Positions 27,136 to 37,044 of a DNA stretch of 64,000 nucleotides are shown one piece after another. Source of the stretch: Candidatus Woesearchaeota archaeon (GTDB lineage: Archaea; Nanobdellota; Nanobdellia; Woesearchaeales; GW2011-AR4); the NCBI GenBank assembly GCA_016187465.1, contig JACPJQ010000004.1, positions 7,092-71,091 on the forward strand. The letters are read 5' to 3'. The notes beneath the pieces are model-generated. The model saw only the letters and a program-made list of their open reading frames with translations. It searched no databases and was not told where the DNA came from. The number at the start of each line of letters is the position of its first letter. Positions within the stretch are counted from its first letter, which is position 1. The position numbers were made by a program, and so were the translations under genes.

Positions 27136-27270
27136 TTAGCGTTCCCTCAATCTGCCTTTAGCAGCATCTTTTAGACCGCGATTTATGCTAAGCAATAATT
27201 CGTCTTGAGCAATTGCTTCTAACCTCTTCAAGTATTCGTATTCCTCTTTGGGAATTGTTACTGTTTCCAT
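27136..27270 (-). CDS. 44-aa orphan antitoxin-like protein
   Basis: METVTIPKEEYEYLKRLEAIAQDELLLSINRGLKDAAKGRLRER. Confidence 0.55.
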   Translation of the reverse strand: METVTIPKEEYEYLKRLEAIAQDELLLSINRGLKDAAKGRLRER

Positions 27271-27346
27271 GATTTATGGACTTAGATTGAGATGTATAAA
27301 TAAAACTTTCCATCACTTTTGCCAAATTCACTTTCAGAACAATTTC

Positions 27347-29074
27347 TCACTTCAGCATTATCTCCACAAAAGAAGAGTAAGCAGGCCTTGTGATGAAAAC
27401 CCCGATCGTAACCCCGATTATTGTTGTTATGGCGAAGCCCTTGAGCAATCCTGCTCCAGCAAATATCAGTGGAATCATGGCAACAACAACTGTCAAATAA
27501 GCCAGCATTATAATGAGAAAAGCTCTCTTGACCTTTTCCTTCCAGTTATAAACTGTAGAAGTTTCTCCCTTCAGTGTTTCATCCGTTATGACTATCTGAT
27601 CATCCACACCAGTGCCGATGGCGACAAGAATTCCTGCAATGGCAGCTAAATCAATGTTCCAGCCTATGAATGCAGCTACCCCCAGCAGGATTATAACTTC
27701 AGAAAGCATCGTTATTAGTATTGGAACTGTAATCAGCACTTTCCTGTACCTAATTGCAATTACAACTGCAACCGATAATATTGCAAGCAGAGACATAAAT
27801 ATGGCGTTTTTGACAAACCCTTCTCCTAGAACAGGTGAAATTGCATCGGTTTTCACTATATTTAGTTTAACCGGCAAAGAGCCCGTTATCAGAATCGTTT
27901 GCAGCCTTTTCATATTCTGCAATGAATTTGATATTGCTTCCTGCTGGTTTGCCCCTGCTCCGGAGCCTGAGATGGCAATTTGAGTAACTGCCTGCCCCTT
28001 CAAATCAGCCCCTATATTCAGCTCATCTACTTTTTTATCATCAAGGTAAAGCTCCAGTTTCTCGCTTAAATAGTCGCTTCTTCCGGAAAGTGAGTCGTAA
28101 ACAACAGACAGGTCTTTTGTTGCGTCTGCCTGTCTTTGCGCTGCTTCTTGGCTCAGGGTTATTGCAAACCTGAATCGGCAGAACCATTGAGAGCCCTGCT
28201 GGCCGCAGCCTTCGCTTGTGTCAATGCCCGCTTCGTTTGCGCTTCTTGCAACATAAACAATGTCATTGCCGCCTTTGAATACAGTTTTGTTTCCTACTCT
28301 TGCTTCAAATTTTCCCTGTCTCGCCAGCAAATCCTTGATTTCTTCTTCTGTTGCTCCTGCAATCTCCACAATTATGTACTGGTTGCCTACCAAATCGTTC
28401 GCATCCCTGATAACGATGTCGCTCAATCCATAAACATTAAGCCTTTCTTTCATGTTGTCAATCAGAACTCCGATGTCAGATTGGCTTAGCTTGACCTCCG
28501 GCTGCAAAAGAACCCTTGTGCCGCCCTGCAAATCCAGGCCTTTTCTTATATTAGTTTTAGGAGCTTCATAGACTCGTAAGCCGATGTCCTCTGTTCCTCT
28601 GCTTACCTGCTCTGTTTTCGGCACAATAACTTTTTTTGATATTGTTTCATTAATAATCCGGCTGGTGCCGTTTATTGTGGCATTCCTTTGTATTATTTCG
28701 GTTATCGTTTTTTCCTCTGTTTCATTTAACTGCACAGTTTCAAATTTTTCTATGGTGGTCAGCTTATATGCCCCTTTTGTTGTTTTTATTTGGATTGTCC
28801 TGTTTGGGCTTAATGCAGAGACGTATTTGTAATAGCTTTCCACATCGTTAATTGGAACGTTGTTTATTGACAAAATTCTTTCCCTTGAAACAGGCTGGGC
28901 ATTCGGCTTTGGCTGCGGGATTCCGGCAACGCTTGCGGAGCTGTTGGTTATGACATTTCTTATTGCAACCCCCTCGCTTAAGGCTGGGTGTATCGTTACT
29001 AATGACAGCACTAGGAACACCACTAGCATGATTATTCTCCAGTTTGTCATCAATTTCTTAATTTTGTAGTTCAT
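27347..29074 (-). CDS. secD: Protein translocase subunit SecD
   Basis: KGLDLQGG, GSLP, ISPVLG, IGTGVDDQIVITDE. Confidence 0.95.
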   Translation of the reverse strand: MNYKIKKLMTNWRIIMLVVFLVLSLVTIHPALSEGVAIRNVITNSSASVAGIPQPKPNAQPVSRERILSINNVPINDVESYYKYVSALSPNRTIQIKTTKGAYKLTTIEKFETVQLNETEEKTITEIIQRNATINGTSRIINETISKKVIVPKTEQVSRGTEDIGLRVYEAPKTNIRKGLDLQGGTRVLLQPEVKLSQSDIGVLIDNMKERLNVYGLSDIVIRDANDLVGNQYIIVEIAGATEEEIKDLLARQGKFEARVGNKTVFKGGNDIVYVARSANEAGIDTSEGCGQQGSQWFCRFRFAITLSQEAAQRQADATKDLSVVYDSLSGRSDYLSEKLELYLDDKKVDELNIGADLKGQAVTQIAISGSGAGANQQEAISNSLQNMKRLQTILITGSLPVKLNIVKTDAISPVLGEGFVKNAIFMSLLAILSVAVVIAIRYRKVLITVPILITMLSEVIILLGVAAFIGWNIDLAAIAGILVAIGTGVDDQIVITDETLKGETSTVYNWKEKVKRAFLIIMLAYLTVVVAMIPLIFAGAGLLKGFAITTIIGVTIGVFITRPAYSSFVEIMLK

Positions 29075-30003
29075 ATGATAATCCCTTTCTTGGCTTTTTT
29101 CTCAATATAGATTCTCAACAAGCCGACATTTTGAATCCAAGTGTTGAAAATGTCTGCAATCAGTCCAATCAGCAGGATAAGCATTATCTGCCTTATCACT
29201 TCAGATTGGGTGGCCAGCATTGCAACAGTAACTGCAACAATTGCTGTTATTGTTTCAGTCATCCCTGTCTTTATTGAGCTTACTATCCTGTCCATTACTG
29301 TGCCTTCTTTTCTTTTCAAAACCCTAACTGAAAGCAGGATATCTGTATCAACAGAATATCCTATAAGCATAAGGAAGGCAGCAATTCCGGCTGTTCCAAC
29401 TCTGATATTCATAATGTTAATAACAGCCAATGCAACAACCATGTCTGAGAAGGCAGCAAGTATTATTGCAACGCTGGGAATGAAAGTCCTGAAGTAAATC
29501 AAAACAACCAAGCCCATGAATAAAAAAGCGACTGCGAGCGCAATCAATGACTCTTTGAAAAAACTGGCGCCTAGCGAGGAGCCAATAATCTCGATTCCGT
29601 AATCAACCTTGCTTAAATCAATCTTCAATGAATTTTCAATCGCCTGCAATAAATTTTGGACCTGCGCCTTGTCATTTCCTTCAATGTCAGCCTCTACAAT
29701 CAGCCCTACAACACTGCCGGTACTTCTTAATGTCCTTATAGCTATATCATTGCTCTGAAATTTTGATTTAATCTGATTGTAAATCTGGTTGGAGTCAACT
29801 TCTTTGTCAAAGGGAATAGTTACTGTAACCCCACCTTTCAAGGAAACATCTTTATTGATGAAATCACCTGTCTTGTAAATCTGGTAGCCTATCTGCGCCA
29901 GTGAGAAGAACAGTATCAGGAATGGAATTATCAGCAACAACTTGTATCTCTTGTCATAAATATCAAATAAAGTCTGCTTTAAAGATTTTTTTTGCCCTTC
30001 CAT
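29071..30003 (-). CDS. secF: Protein translocase subunit SecF
   Basis: LKGG, IGSSLG, LMLIGYSVDTDILL. Confidence 0.95.
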   Translation of the reverse strand: MEGQKKSLKQTLFDIYDKRYKLLLIIPFLILFFSLAQIGYQIYKTGDFINKDVSLKGGVTVTIPFDKEVDSNQIYNQIKSKFQSNDIAIRTLRSTGSVVGLIVEADIEGNDKAQVQNLLQAIENSLKIDLSKVDYGIEIIGSSLGASFFKESLIALAVAFLFMGLVVLIYFRTFIPSVAIILAAFSDMVVALAVINIMNIRVGTAGIAAFLMLIGYSVDTDILLSVRVLKRKEGTVMDRIVSSIKTGMTETITAIVAVTVAMLATQSEVIRQIMLILLIGLIADIFNTWIQNVGLLRIYIEKKAKKGIII

Positions 30004-30043
30004 AAAATCAACCCCGAAAAATATCCTGTAGAAAAGAGAACGG

Positions 30044-30343
30044 TTAATAAAGGTTGCGGAAAAGATTAATCGTTAAAATTTTTACAATATTTTTCATAGA
30101 ATTGGAGTATATTTCACTTGATTTATTCGGATTTAATGAATAATGAGTTTCTCCTGTCTTTTTTGCCGGCACCAGCCATTCATCTTTTTCTAATTCTTTC
30201 AAAGCCTCTTTCACAACTTTATTTCCAACCAAATGCTTTGGCAATCCTTTCAATATATTTTCTGTGTGTGAGCCGCCCCATTTTTGCCATCTTACAAGTT
30301 TTCTTATGATTCTCGCTTTGACATTAAGTTTCGACAAATCCAT
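30044..30343 (-). CDS. Small winged-helix-like hypothetical protein, possible 3' frameshift
   Basis: KWGGSHT...GLPKHL...YSLNP. Confidence 0.55.
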   Translation of the reverse strand: MDLSKLNVKARIIRKLVRWQKWGGSHTENILKGLPKHLVGNKVVKEALKELEKDEWLVPAKKTGETHYSLNPNKSSEIYSNSMKNIVKILTINLFRNLY

Positions 30344-30412
30344 ACAACTTAAAAAAAATGTTTAATATATAAGTATTTGTAAGCTGGAGTATATAGAATA
30401 GAATATATAATA

Positions 30413-30430
30413 TGATACAATATTGTCTCA
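30413..30430. promoter_or_regulatory. Near-palindrome between divergent genes (candidate operator)
   Basis: TGATACAATATTGTCTCA. Confidence 0.4.
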
Positions 30431-30473
30431 AAATAGAAATGTTTATAAACTTCCGTTTTAAATTATATAATTA

Positions 30474-30809
30474 ATGCCAAAAAGCTCGTTATTTATCGAA
30501 TTGTTTGGTGATTCACCGACAATAAGGGTATTAGACTTTCTTTTGACAGAGCGCGAACTAGACTTTTCAATATCAGATATGGCAAGAAATGCTGGGGTAG
30601 GAAGAGCCACGTTATACAGAATTTGGGAGCAATTAATAGATAACAACATCATAATCTATACAAGAGCTGTAGGAAAATCAAAATTATATAAACTTAACAC
30701 CCAAAATCAAAAAATAAAAAAAATGATAGAGCTAGATGACATGTTAATTCTTGAAGAATTAAGGCATAAAACAGAAAAACAAAAACCCAAGATAAAGATT
30801 GCTGTTTAA
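30474..30809 (+). CDS. Winged-helix HTH regulator
   Basis: FGDSPTIRVLDFL...SISDMARNAGVGRATLY...VGKSKLYKLN. Confidence 0.8.
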   Translation: MPKSSLFIELFGDSPTIRVLDFLLTERELDFSISDMARNAGVGRATLYRIWEQLIDNNIIIYTRAVGKSKLYKLNTQNQKIKKMIELDDMLILEELRHKTEKQKPKIKIAV

Positions 30810-30830
30810 TCATTTCCCGCAAGCTTTTAC

Positions 30831-30928
30831 ATGTCGGAAATTCTTATTATAGAATGGGATTTGCAAGAATTTACGAGCATGCTCAAAAATTGCAACTATT
30901 TTTTAATTATTTATTGCAATTTTTGACA
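30831..30928. repeat. ATGTCG...GAGCATGCTC...TTTTGACA double-hairpin element overlapping the pyrG 3' end
   Basis: ATGTCGGAAATTCTT/AAGAATTTACGAGCAT + GCTCAAAAATTGCAA/TTGCAATTTTTGACA. Confidence 0.7.
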
Positions 30929-32637
30929 AACCCATAGAACAATGGAGAAGGGTTTCCGAGTCTTGATTTGAATTCGGGGTGAGCTTGTGTAGCAAAAAAA
31001 TTATCATTCTTAGGCAATTCAATGTATTCCATTAACTTTGTATTATCACCCCTTATGTAATACCCAGAGAAAACCATCCCATTTTTCTCAATTAAATCAA
31101 CATACTTCGGATTCACTTCATAGCGATGGCGGTGCCTTTCCAAAACAACTTTTTTGTTTTTCTCCAGCAGTCCAATTCTAAAAGCCTGGCTTTTGTCCTT
31201 CATTAATTCCTGAATCCTTTTTTCGTCATCCTTTACTCTGCCAACATCTTCATATAGCTTGAGCATTCTGCTTTTTTCCTTCAGGATTGAGGCATAAGCC
31301 CCAAGGCGCATAGAGCCTCCGAACATGCTCTTCTCAAGAATTTGCCTTTGAGCAGGCTGGACATCAATCACAGGAGCGCTTGTTTTTGGATTAACCTCGG
31401 TTGTGTGCGCGTCTTTTAAGCCGCAGACATTCCTTGCAAATTCAACAACCGCCAGCTGCAGGCCGTAGCACAGCCCAAGATAGGGGATTTTGTTTATGCG
31501 GGCATAATTAATTGCATTTATCTTTCCTTCCACGCCAGAAGCCCCAAATCCGCCAGGAACTATAATTCCGTCATAATTTTTCAGGTCATTCGAAGATTTC
31601 TTGTCATTTTCAAACATTTTTGCGTCAAGCCAGTTTATTTCAACCCTTGCGTTTAATGAAGCTCCTGCGTGGATTAATGCCTGGTTGATAGAGATGTAAG
31701 AATCAGCCAGGTTATAGTCGCCAATGTCTGTGTACTTGCCTACAATCGCGACTTTAATATTCTTCTTAGGATTTAAAATGTTCTCGACAAGCTTCTTCCA
31801 TTCAGACCAGTTTGGGCTTTTTTTTGACTTTATTTCAAATTCCTTCAAGAGTTTTTCCCCCAATTTTTCCTTTTCCAAGTCCAAGGGAATCTGGTAAACT
31901 GTTTCAATGTCCGGCTCGGAAATTACATTATCTGACGCGATGTTTGCGTAAGTCTCTATTTTCTTTTTTCTTACAACATCCAATGGCTTTTTAGCCCTGC
32001 AGATTATGAAGTCCGGAAAAATTCCGGATTCGCTGAGCAGCCGTATTGCCTGCTGGGTTGGTTTTGTCTTCATCTCCTCTATATGGCTCGGGATAGGCAG
32101 ATAGGTTATAAGGACATAGGTTAGATTTTTCTTGCCAACATCTCTTTCAAGGCTTTTCAATGCAAAAAGAAATGGTATGTTTTCATAGTCTCCAATTGTG
32201 CCGCCCACTTCAACCAAAACAAAATCATAGTTGTTGCTTGCTTCTTTTATCCTTCTCTTTATTTCATTAGGTATGTGGGGAATAAACTGCACAGTCTGGC
32301 CAAGGTACTCGCCCTGCCTTTCTTTGTCAATAACTGTTTTGTATATCTGTCCTGTAGTTATGTTGTTTCTTTTTGGAATGTCCACATTGAGAAATCTCTC
32401 ATAAGTGCCTAAGTCCTGGTCAATCTCTCCGCCGTCGTCTGTAACCCAGACCTCTCCATGCTCTGTCGGCCTTAATGTGCCTGCATCATAGTTTATGTAA
32501 GGGTCTATTTTTATTGCAGTCACTTTGTAGCCGTGCTCCTGCAAAATTTTGCCGATAGAAGCTGTTGTTACGCCTTTTCCTACACCGCTCATTACCCCGC
32601 CGGCTACAACAATATACTTAGGCATTTTATTGAACAC
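30907..32637 (-). CDS. pyrG: CTP synthase
   Basis: GGVMSGVGKG, KIDPYIN, KTKPTQQ, GLCYG, ERHRHRYEVN, QAHPEF. Confidence 0.98.
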   Translation of the reverse strand: MFNKMPKYIVVAGGVMSGVGKGVTTASIGKILQEHGYKVTAIKIDPYINYDAGTLRPTEHGEVWVTDDGGEIDQDLGTYERFLNVDIPKRNNITTGQIYKTVIDKERQGEYLGQTVQFIPHIPNEIKRRIKEASNNYDFVLVEVGGTIGDYENIPFLFALKSLERDVGKKNLTYVLITYLPIPSHIEEMKTKPTQQAIRLLSESGIFPDFIICRAKKPLDVVRKKKIETYANIASDNVISEPDIETVYQIPLDLEKEKLGEKLLKEFEIKSKKSPNWSEWKKLVENILNPKKNIKVAIVGKYTDIGDYNLADSYISINQALIHAGASLNARVEINWLDAKMFENDKKSSNDLKNYDGIIVPGGFGASGVEGKINAINYARINKIPYLGLCYGLQLAVVEFARNVCGLKDAHTTEVNPKTSAPVIDVQPAQRQILEKSMFGGSMRLGAYASILKEKSRMLKLYEDVGRVKDDEKRIQELMKDKSQAFRIGLLEKNKKVVLERHRHRYEVNPKYVDLIEKNGMVFSGYYIRGDNTKLMEYIELPKNDNFFATQAHPEFKSRLGNPSPLFYGFVKNCNK

Positions 32638-32834
32638 CTGCTTTAGTTATATTTAAGAAATTTAATAATTCAATCCGTTCGCTATGCTCACAATATCTTG
32701 TGCTCGGCTTTCGCTTTGTTGCCATTGGCTCAAGCCTCGCCAATTTATTCAATATTCTTAAATTTAGATTAATTTTTAGAATTTTTGATTTATAGCAAAC
32801 GCAGTAAATTTTCGTAATAGATAATGCGTTTGAT

Positions 32835-32950
32835 ATGTCGGAAATCGCAAAGGCACATACTTTGGTACTTAAGTCCAAAGCAAGCCAGCGATTTCCGAGC
32901 ATGCTCAAAAATTCCATGTATTTATTATAAATTGATGGAATTTTTGACAT
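32835..32950. repeat. GAGCATGCTC double-hairpin element
   Basis: ATGTCGGAAATCGC/GCGATTTCCGAGCAT + GCTCAAAAATTCCA/TGGAATTTTTGACAT. Confidence 0.75.
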
Positions 32951-33144
32951 ATTAAAAAGAATTAAACAATTTTTATGAATATTTAATTCTTTCTCTATAG
33001 AATTGGTTTTGAACAAATTAAGTCGTTGCATTAATTAGAAATGAAACAAGTTTTATTTATAGTTTATGGTTTAGTGAATAAATGGTAATTATCTTCAATA
33101 TGGAAGAGAATGTTAGTTAATTACTGTGGCGAAGAGTTGCACGG

Positions 33145-33732
33145 TCAAATAAACGCCCGTATCAGCCCCGTAAAAACCTTGTAGCCGTCAAAACCCGGAA
33201 TTGGGAGCATGTTGAATATGAACAAAAACATATTAATCCTGCTTGTCAAAACTAAAAGCAGATAATTTTTCTTCTTGTATTTTTTATTTTTCAGCACAAA
33301 CCAAGCGCCAAGCCATAATACGAGATTTACGAAAGGCCCTGCAAATGCAGCCAAAGTGAATTGAAGACCAGTTCCAGAACCTGAAATTTCAACAAACCCC
33401 GGAACAAAGAACATAAACCCGAAGCCTGTTAATTTTGATATGATTGTGAAGATTCCAAGCATTAATGTGAATGTGCTCCTGTAAAAGGCCATGAACACCG
33501 CATGCATACCAAAGCTGATTGCCACAAACTTGTGCGCCAGTTCATGAAATATTATTGCCGGCGCTGTTGCCATGATGGTAAACTTTAAGCCTTCAAAATC
33601 AAATCCTCTTTTGTAATGTAGCAAAGGGTCGTAAGATTCCCTTCTGACAGGTATCATGCCTGAAAAAATGTATCCTACAAAAAAAGTCATCAATGCAAGG
33701 TCAATGATCTCTCCTAGAGTTATTAAAGGCAT
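33145..33732 (-). CDS. M50 (site-2) membrane metalloprotease
   Basis: HELAH, AGPFVN, FNMLPIPGFDG. Confidence 0.92.
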   Translation of the reverse strand: MPLITLGEIIDLALMTFFVGYIFSGMIPVRRESYDPLLHYKRGFDFEGLKFTIMATAPAIIFHELAHKFVAISFGMHAVFMAFYRSTFTLMLGIFTIISKLTGFGFMFFVPGFVEISGSGTGLQFTLAAFAGPFVNLVLWLGAWFVLKNKKYKKKNYLLLVLTSRINMFLFIFNMLPIPGFDGYKVFTGLIRAFI

Positions 33733-33839
33733 TCTGAGTTGAATTTTTAATTAATTATTAAATTTATTGTTTATTCCATTTTTTGAACAAACTTTTTTTT
33801 TGAACAAACTTTATATATTATACTTTATTCTAAACATTT

Positions 33840-34196
33840 ATGACAGATTTAATTGCCTGCCTTTCGTCAGGGGAAAAAAGCTGGGCTCATGTTGAAAGGC
33901 TGGTTAAGGAAGAAGACTGGAGTAATGTGTTTTTGATTACTAATGATTTTGGCAAAAAAAATTTCAAGACAGAAAAGAATGTTGGATTTGTGGTTGTTGA
34001 CTTTAAAAAGCCTGTTTTTGAGCTGATAAAAGACATTAAGAACGGCCTGAACGGAAAAATCACAGATCTGGAAGTTGCATTAAACCTAGTTTCCGGGAGC
34101 GGGAAAGAGCACATGGCAATCCTGTCTGCGTTGCTGAAGCTGGGAGTCGGTGTAAGATTAATGGCTGTGACGAAGGATGGGATAAGGGAGTTATAA
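33840..34196 (+). CDS. Small alpha/beta protein, CARF-like
   Basis: LIACLSSG...VFLIT...VALNLVSGSGKE. Confidence 0.55.
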   Translation: MTDLIACLSSGEKSWAHVERLVKEEDWSNVFLITNDFGKKNFKTEKNVGFVVVDFKKPVFELIKDIKNGLNGKITDLEVALNLVSGSGKEHMAILSALLKLGVGVRLMAVTKDGIREL

Positions 34197-34198
34197 TT

Positions 34199-34755
34199 AT
34201 GAAGAATGAAAAAGAAAATGTGAAGATAGAAAATATTGATATTCAGCAAATTAATGACCCTCATCAAGCATTTATACTAACCTTCAACTCTTATGAAAAA
34301 GAGTTAGTTGATTTTTTGGTTGAAGATGCTTTAGATAATCAAAACAAGAAAATCTCTATAACTTACTTATGGTTTTATAAAACAAATAAAGAACTGTGCG
34401 GCTATGTTACTGTTTTAGCCGATGCAATTAATTTACAAGGTGAATTAAAAGAATATTTCAGACAAGAAGGAATTTTCTATAAATCTTTGCCTGCTTTAAA
34501 GATTGGAAGATTATGCGTTTCTGATGATTACTTAGGCAGAGGGATAGGAACTTTAATGATTGAGTTTGTTATGGTTTTGGCTGAGAAAATTGGTAGTGAA
34601 ATTGGATTAAGGTTTATAACAACAGATGCAAAAAGAAATACTGACTCGAGAAAAGATTCTGTTACTTTTATAGGAAATTGGGATTTGAAGCTTTAAAGCA
34701 AAGAGAAAAAGGAACTCTGCCCATGTATAAGGATTTAATTAAAATTAAGAAATGA
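34199..34755 (+). pseudogene. GNAT toxin-like acetyltransferase with a frameshift near 34663
   Basis: LPALKIGRLCV...GRGIG...FITTDAK; FYRKLGF...PMYKDL continues in another frame to TGA at 34753-34755. Confidence 0.7.
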
Positions 34756-34905
34756 CTCAAAATATTTTCTGTTTTTTTTTATATCAGCATAAAGCATTTT
34801 ATCTATTTGCGATATTGGAGATTTTTCTCTTTTAATCATGGAATCTACAAATTTTCTTGCTTCTTCCCCCCTTAAAGTTGGAGTTGCTCTTATTGGTTTT
34901 GCCAT
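34735..34905 (-). CDS. 56-aa putative antitoxin of the GNAT toxin
   Basis: MAKPIRATPTLRGEEARKFVDSMIKREKSPISQIDKMLYADIKKNRKYFESFLNFN. Confidence 0.6.
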   Translation of the reverse strand: MAKPIRATPTLRGEEARKFVDSMIKREKSPISQIDKMLYADIKKNRKYFESFLNFN

Positions 34906-35056
34906 CTTAATAAGCGATAATATTAAGCTAGTATAAAAATATATTTATTTTCTGTATTGAAAATATTGACTTTAGGCAGCGTTACTTGAAGCTTATCTGC
35001 CTTTTGCTTGCATTTATTAAGTCTATTTTACAATCATTTTTGATAAAATACTTCAG

Positions 35057-35144
35057 GAGCACGGCAATATTGTCAGCAATGCTGAAACTTGGAGATGTGA
35101 TAAGGTTAATGGCTGTGACGAAAGACGGGGTTAAGGAGTTGTAA
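35057..35144 (+). pseudogene. Diverged duplicate of the 3' end of gene 33840..34196
   Basis: ...GCAATATTGTCAGCAATGCTGAAACTTGGA...TTAATGGCTGTGACGAAAGACGGGGTTAAGGAGTTGTAA versus 34107..34196. Confidence 0.75.
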
Positions 35145-35178
35145 GGATTATTGATATTTTTTATTAAGAGAACAAAAT

Positions 35179-35457
35179 TTATTGAACATTCTTGGATTTG
35201 AATTTACCAACAATCCAGCCAATTAATGAACCAATTAAAAAATAAAAAATTGGGGATATAATATAAGGATTTATTTGCACATCACCCAAAATTTCAATTA
35301 AGATGAACAGAGGAAACAAAGAAGGCACTAACCATAATGGGAAGCGGGGATTACCTCCAGTTTCTCCAAACGGCAATAAACTCAATGTTGCGATAAGATA
35401 GATACCTAGAACAATAACCCCACCTTTCAGCCAATACGGCCAGTCTTTCCATCCCAT
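35179..35457 (-). CDS. Small membrane protein
   Basis: MGWKDWPYWLKGG plus TM helices. Confidence 0.6.
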   Translation of the reverse strand: MGWKDWPYWLKGGVIVLGIYLIATLSLLPFGETGGNPRFPLWLVPSLFPLFILIEILGDVQINPYIISPIFYFLIGSLIGWIVGKFKSKNVQ

Positions 35458-35489
35458 ATCATGAATCTTTTAGTCAAAAGTATAAAAAC

Positions 35490-36083
35490 TTATTCATTTT
35501 TAGTGCTGAAATAAACCCAGTAACCAGCTTTTTTTGCTATAACTTTTATATTTCCAAAAACTTCTTCCATTTTCCTGCTCAAGGTTTTCCCGCCTTTGTT
35601 ATGGCGGGCAACTAATTGAAGGCTTCCGTTGTTTTTCAAGTGTTCTTTTGCTTCTTCGATTAATCTAAAACAAAGCTCTTTCCCTGCTGTTTGCGGCGGA
35701 TTTGACAATATGGCATCAAAATCTTTCTGATTTATTTTCTGGTATAAGTTTCCCTGATAAACTTCAGCCTTTACATCATTTAATTTTATATTCTTTTTGG
35801 CCAGCGTCACAGCCCGTTCATTAACATCGCTCATCACGACATCTGAATCAGATATTTTTGCGGCAACAATCCCAAGAATTCCAATTCCGCATCCTATGTC
35901 AAGGACTTTGCTGTTTTTATCAACAATCATATTTTCCGCCAGCACTAATGTCCCTTTGTCGATCTTGTCCTTGGAGAACACACCAGATGCAGTATAGAAA
36001 TCAAACTCCTTATTCATTATTTTTTGCTTTATCTTTCTTATGTTAAGCAATGATTTCTGTGTTTCAGAATAATAATGCTCCAT
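35490..36083 (-). CDS. RsmC/MTS-like class I methyltransferase
   Basis: MEHYY, GVFSKDKIDKGT, LDIGCGIG, SNPP. Confidence 0.9.
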   Translation of the reverse strand: MEHYYSETQKSLLNIRKIKQKIMNKEFDFYTASGVFSKDKIDKGTLVLAENMIVDKNSKVLDIGCGIGILGIVAAKISDSDVVMSDVNERAVTLAKKNIKLNDVKAEVYQGNLYQKINQKDFDAILSNPPQTAGKELCFRLIEEAKEHLKNNGSLQLVARHNKGGKTLSRKMEEVFGNIKVIAKKAGYWVYFSTKNE

Positions 36084-36219
36084 TTTAATTTTTTGAATTT
36101 TGTGATTTTATTGCGTTTTGTTTTTAATGTTTTTAGTTAATGCGTTAATTTCATTTTGTGCTTTCAGCCTTTGACGATATGGCATGTTCAATAAATATTT
36201 TAATTTTAAAAATCAAAGT

Positions 36220-37044
36220 CTATGCTTCTTCCTGTTCCATGATGTTGTACAGGTGGTATAAAATCCTGTCAACCCCCTTTACCAAGTCAAATCCAGAACC
36301 TTCGACTACAATGCAATTATCGTTATAATACACTCTAAATCTCTCAGCTTCTTTTATGTAAAGCACAATCTTATCTTTATCTTCACAAGTGACTATCGGT
36401 CTTGTTTTGCAAATTTCTGTTTCATTTCTGTCGCAAGAGCCTATAGGATTTTTTTCAAATACCTTTGCAAGATGCGTGTCAAAATCTGCAATTGCAAGTT
36501 GAACATGGGTAAGCTCATTTCCTGTTGGATTAAACGTGGGATAAAACTCATTTTTGCTGTTAAAAAAATCAAAATCAAGGCTGCCTTCTATGGCGATGGC
36601 CTTTAAATCATTTGGAGAATATCTAAAATTCATGCTATACTTTTTTGTTCCCTCAGGAGAATTCAAGTCAGTGTACCAAAAATCATCAAATTTAACAAAA
36701 CTGTAAACTCCCTTGTACACATATCCCTGCTCAGGCTTGAGCTTTCCCTTCAAGTTTAAAACATGCAGTTCCTCCAAAGTCTTCGGCTGCTGCTTACTGA
36801 AAGTGACGTAAGCGAATACAGAAACAAACAATAGCACAATGGCTGCTATGCTGATGATTAAAATCTTGTCAGAGGATTTTTTTGGATCTTCCGAAGCAAC
36901 GTTTTTATCGAGCTCTTCTATTTTTTTGTCAAACTCCCTTGCTTCAGGCTCAAGATCATCTTTCAATTTATTATATTCATCTTTATCAATAACTTCCGAT
37001 TCAAAGCTTCCTTTTAATATATTGAGTTTTTTTCTTGGGTCCAT
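36220..37044 (-). CDS. Membrane-anchored hypothetical protein with Cys motifs
   Basis: Single TM; C...C..RPIVTC...CIVVEG...VDRILY. Confidence 0.7.
   Translation of the reverse strand: MDPRKKLNILKGSFESEVIDKDEYNKLKDDLEPEAREFDKKIEELDKNVASEDPKKSSDKILIISIAAIVLLFVSVFAYVTFSKQQPKTLEELHVLNLKGKLKPEQGYVYKGVYSFVKFDDFWYTDLNSPEGTKKYSMNFRYSPNDLKAIAIEGSLDFDFFNSKNEFYPTFNPTGNELTHVQLAIADFDTHLAKVFEKNPIGSCDRNETEICKTRPIVTCEDKDKIVLYIKEAERFRVYYNDNCIVVEGSGFDLVKGVDRILYHLYNIMEQEEA

Noticed and set aside
32627..33031. 134-aa ORF upstream of pyrG
   Set aside because: It spans hairpin repeats and AT-rich intergenic DNA and has no protein-like motif.
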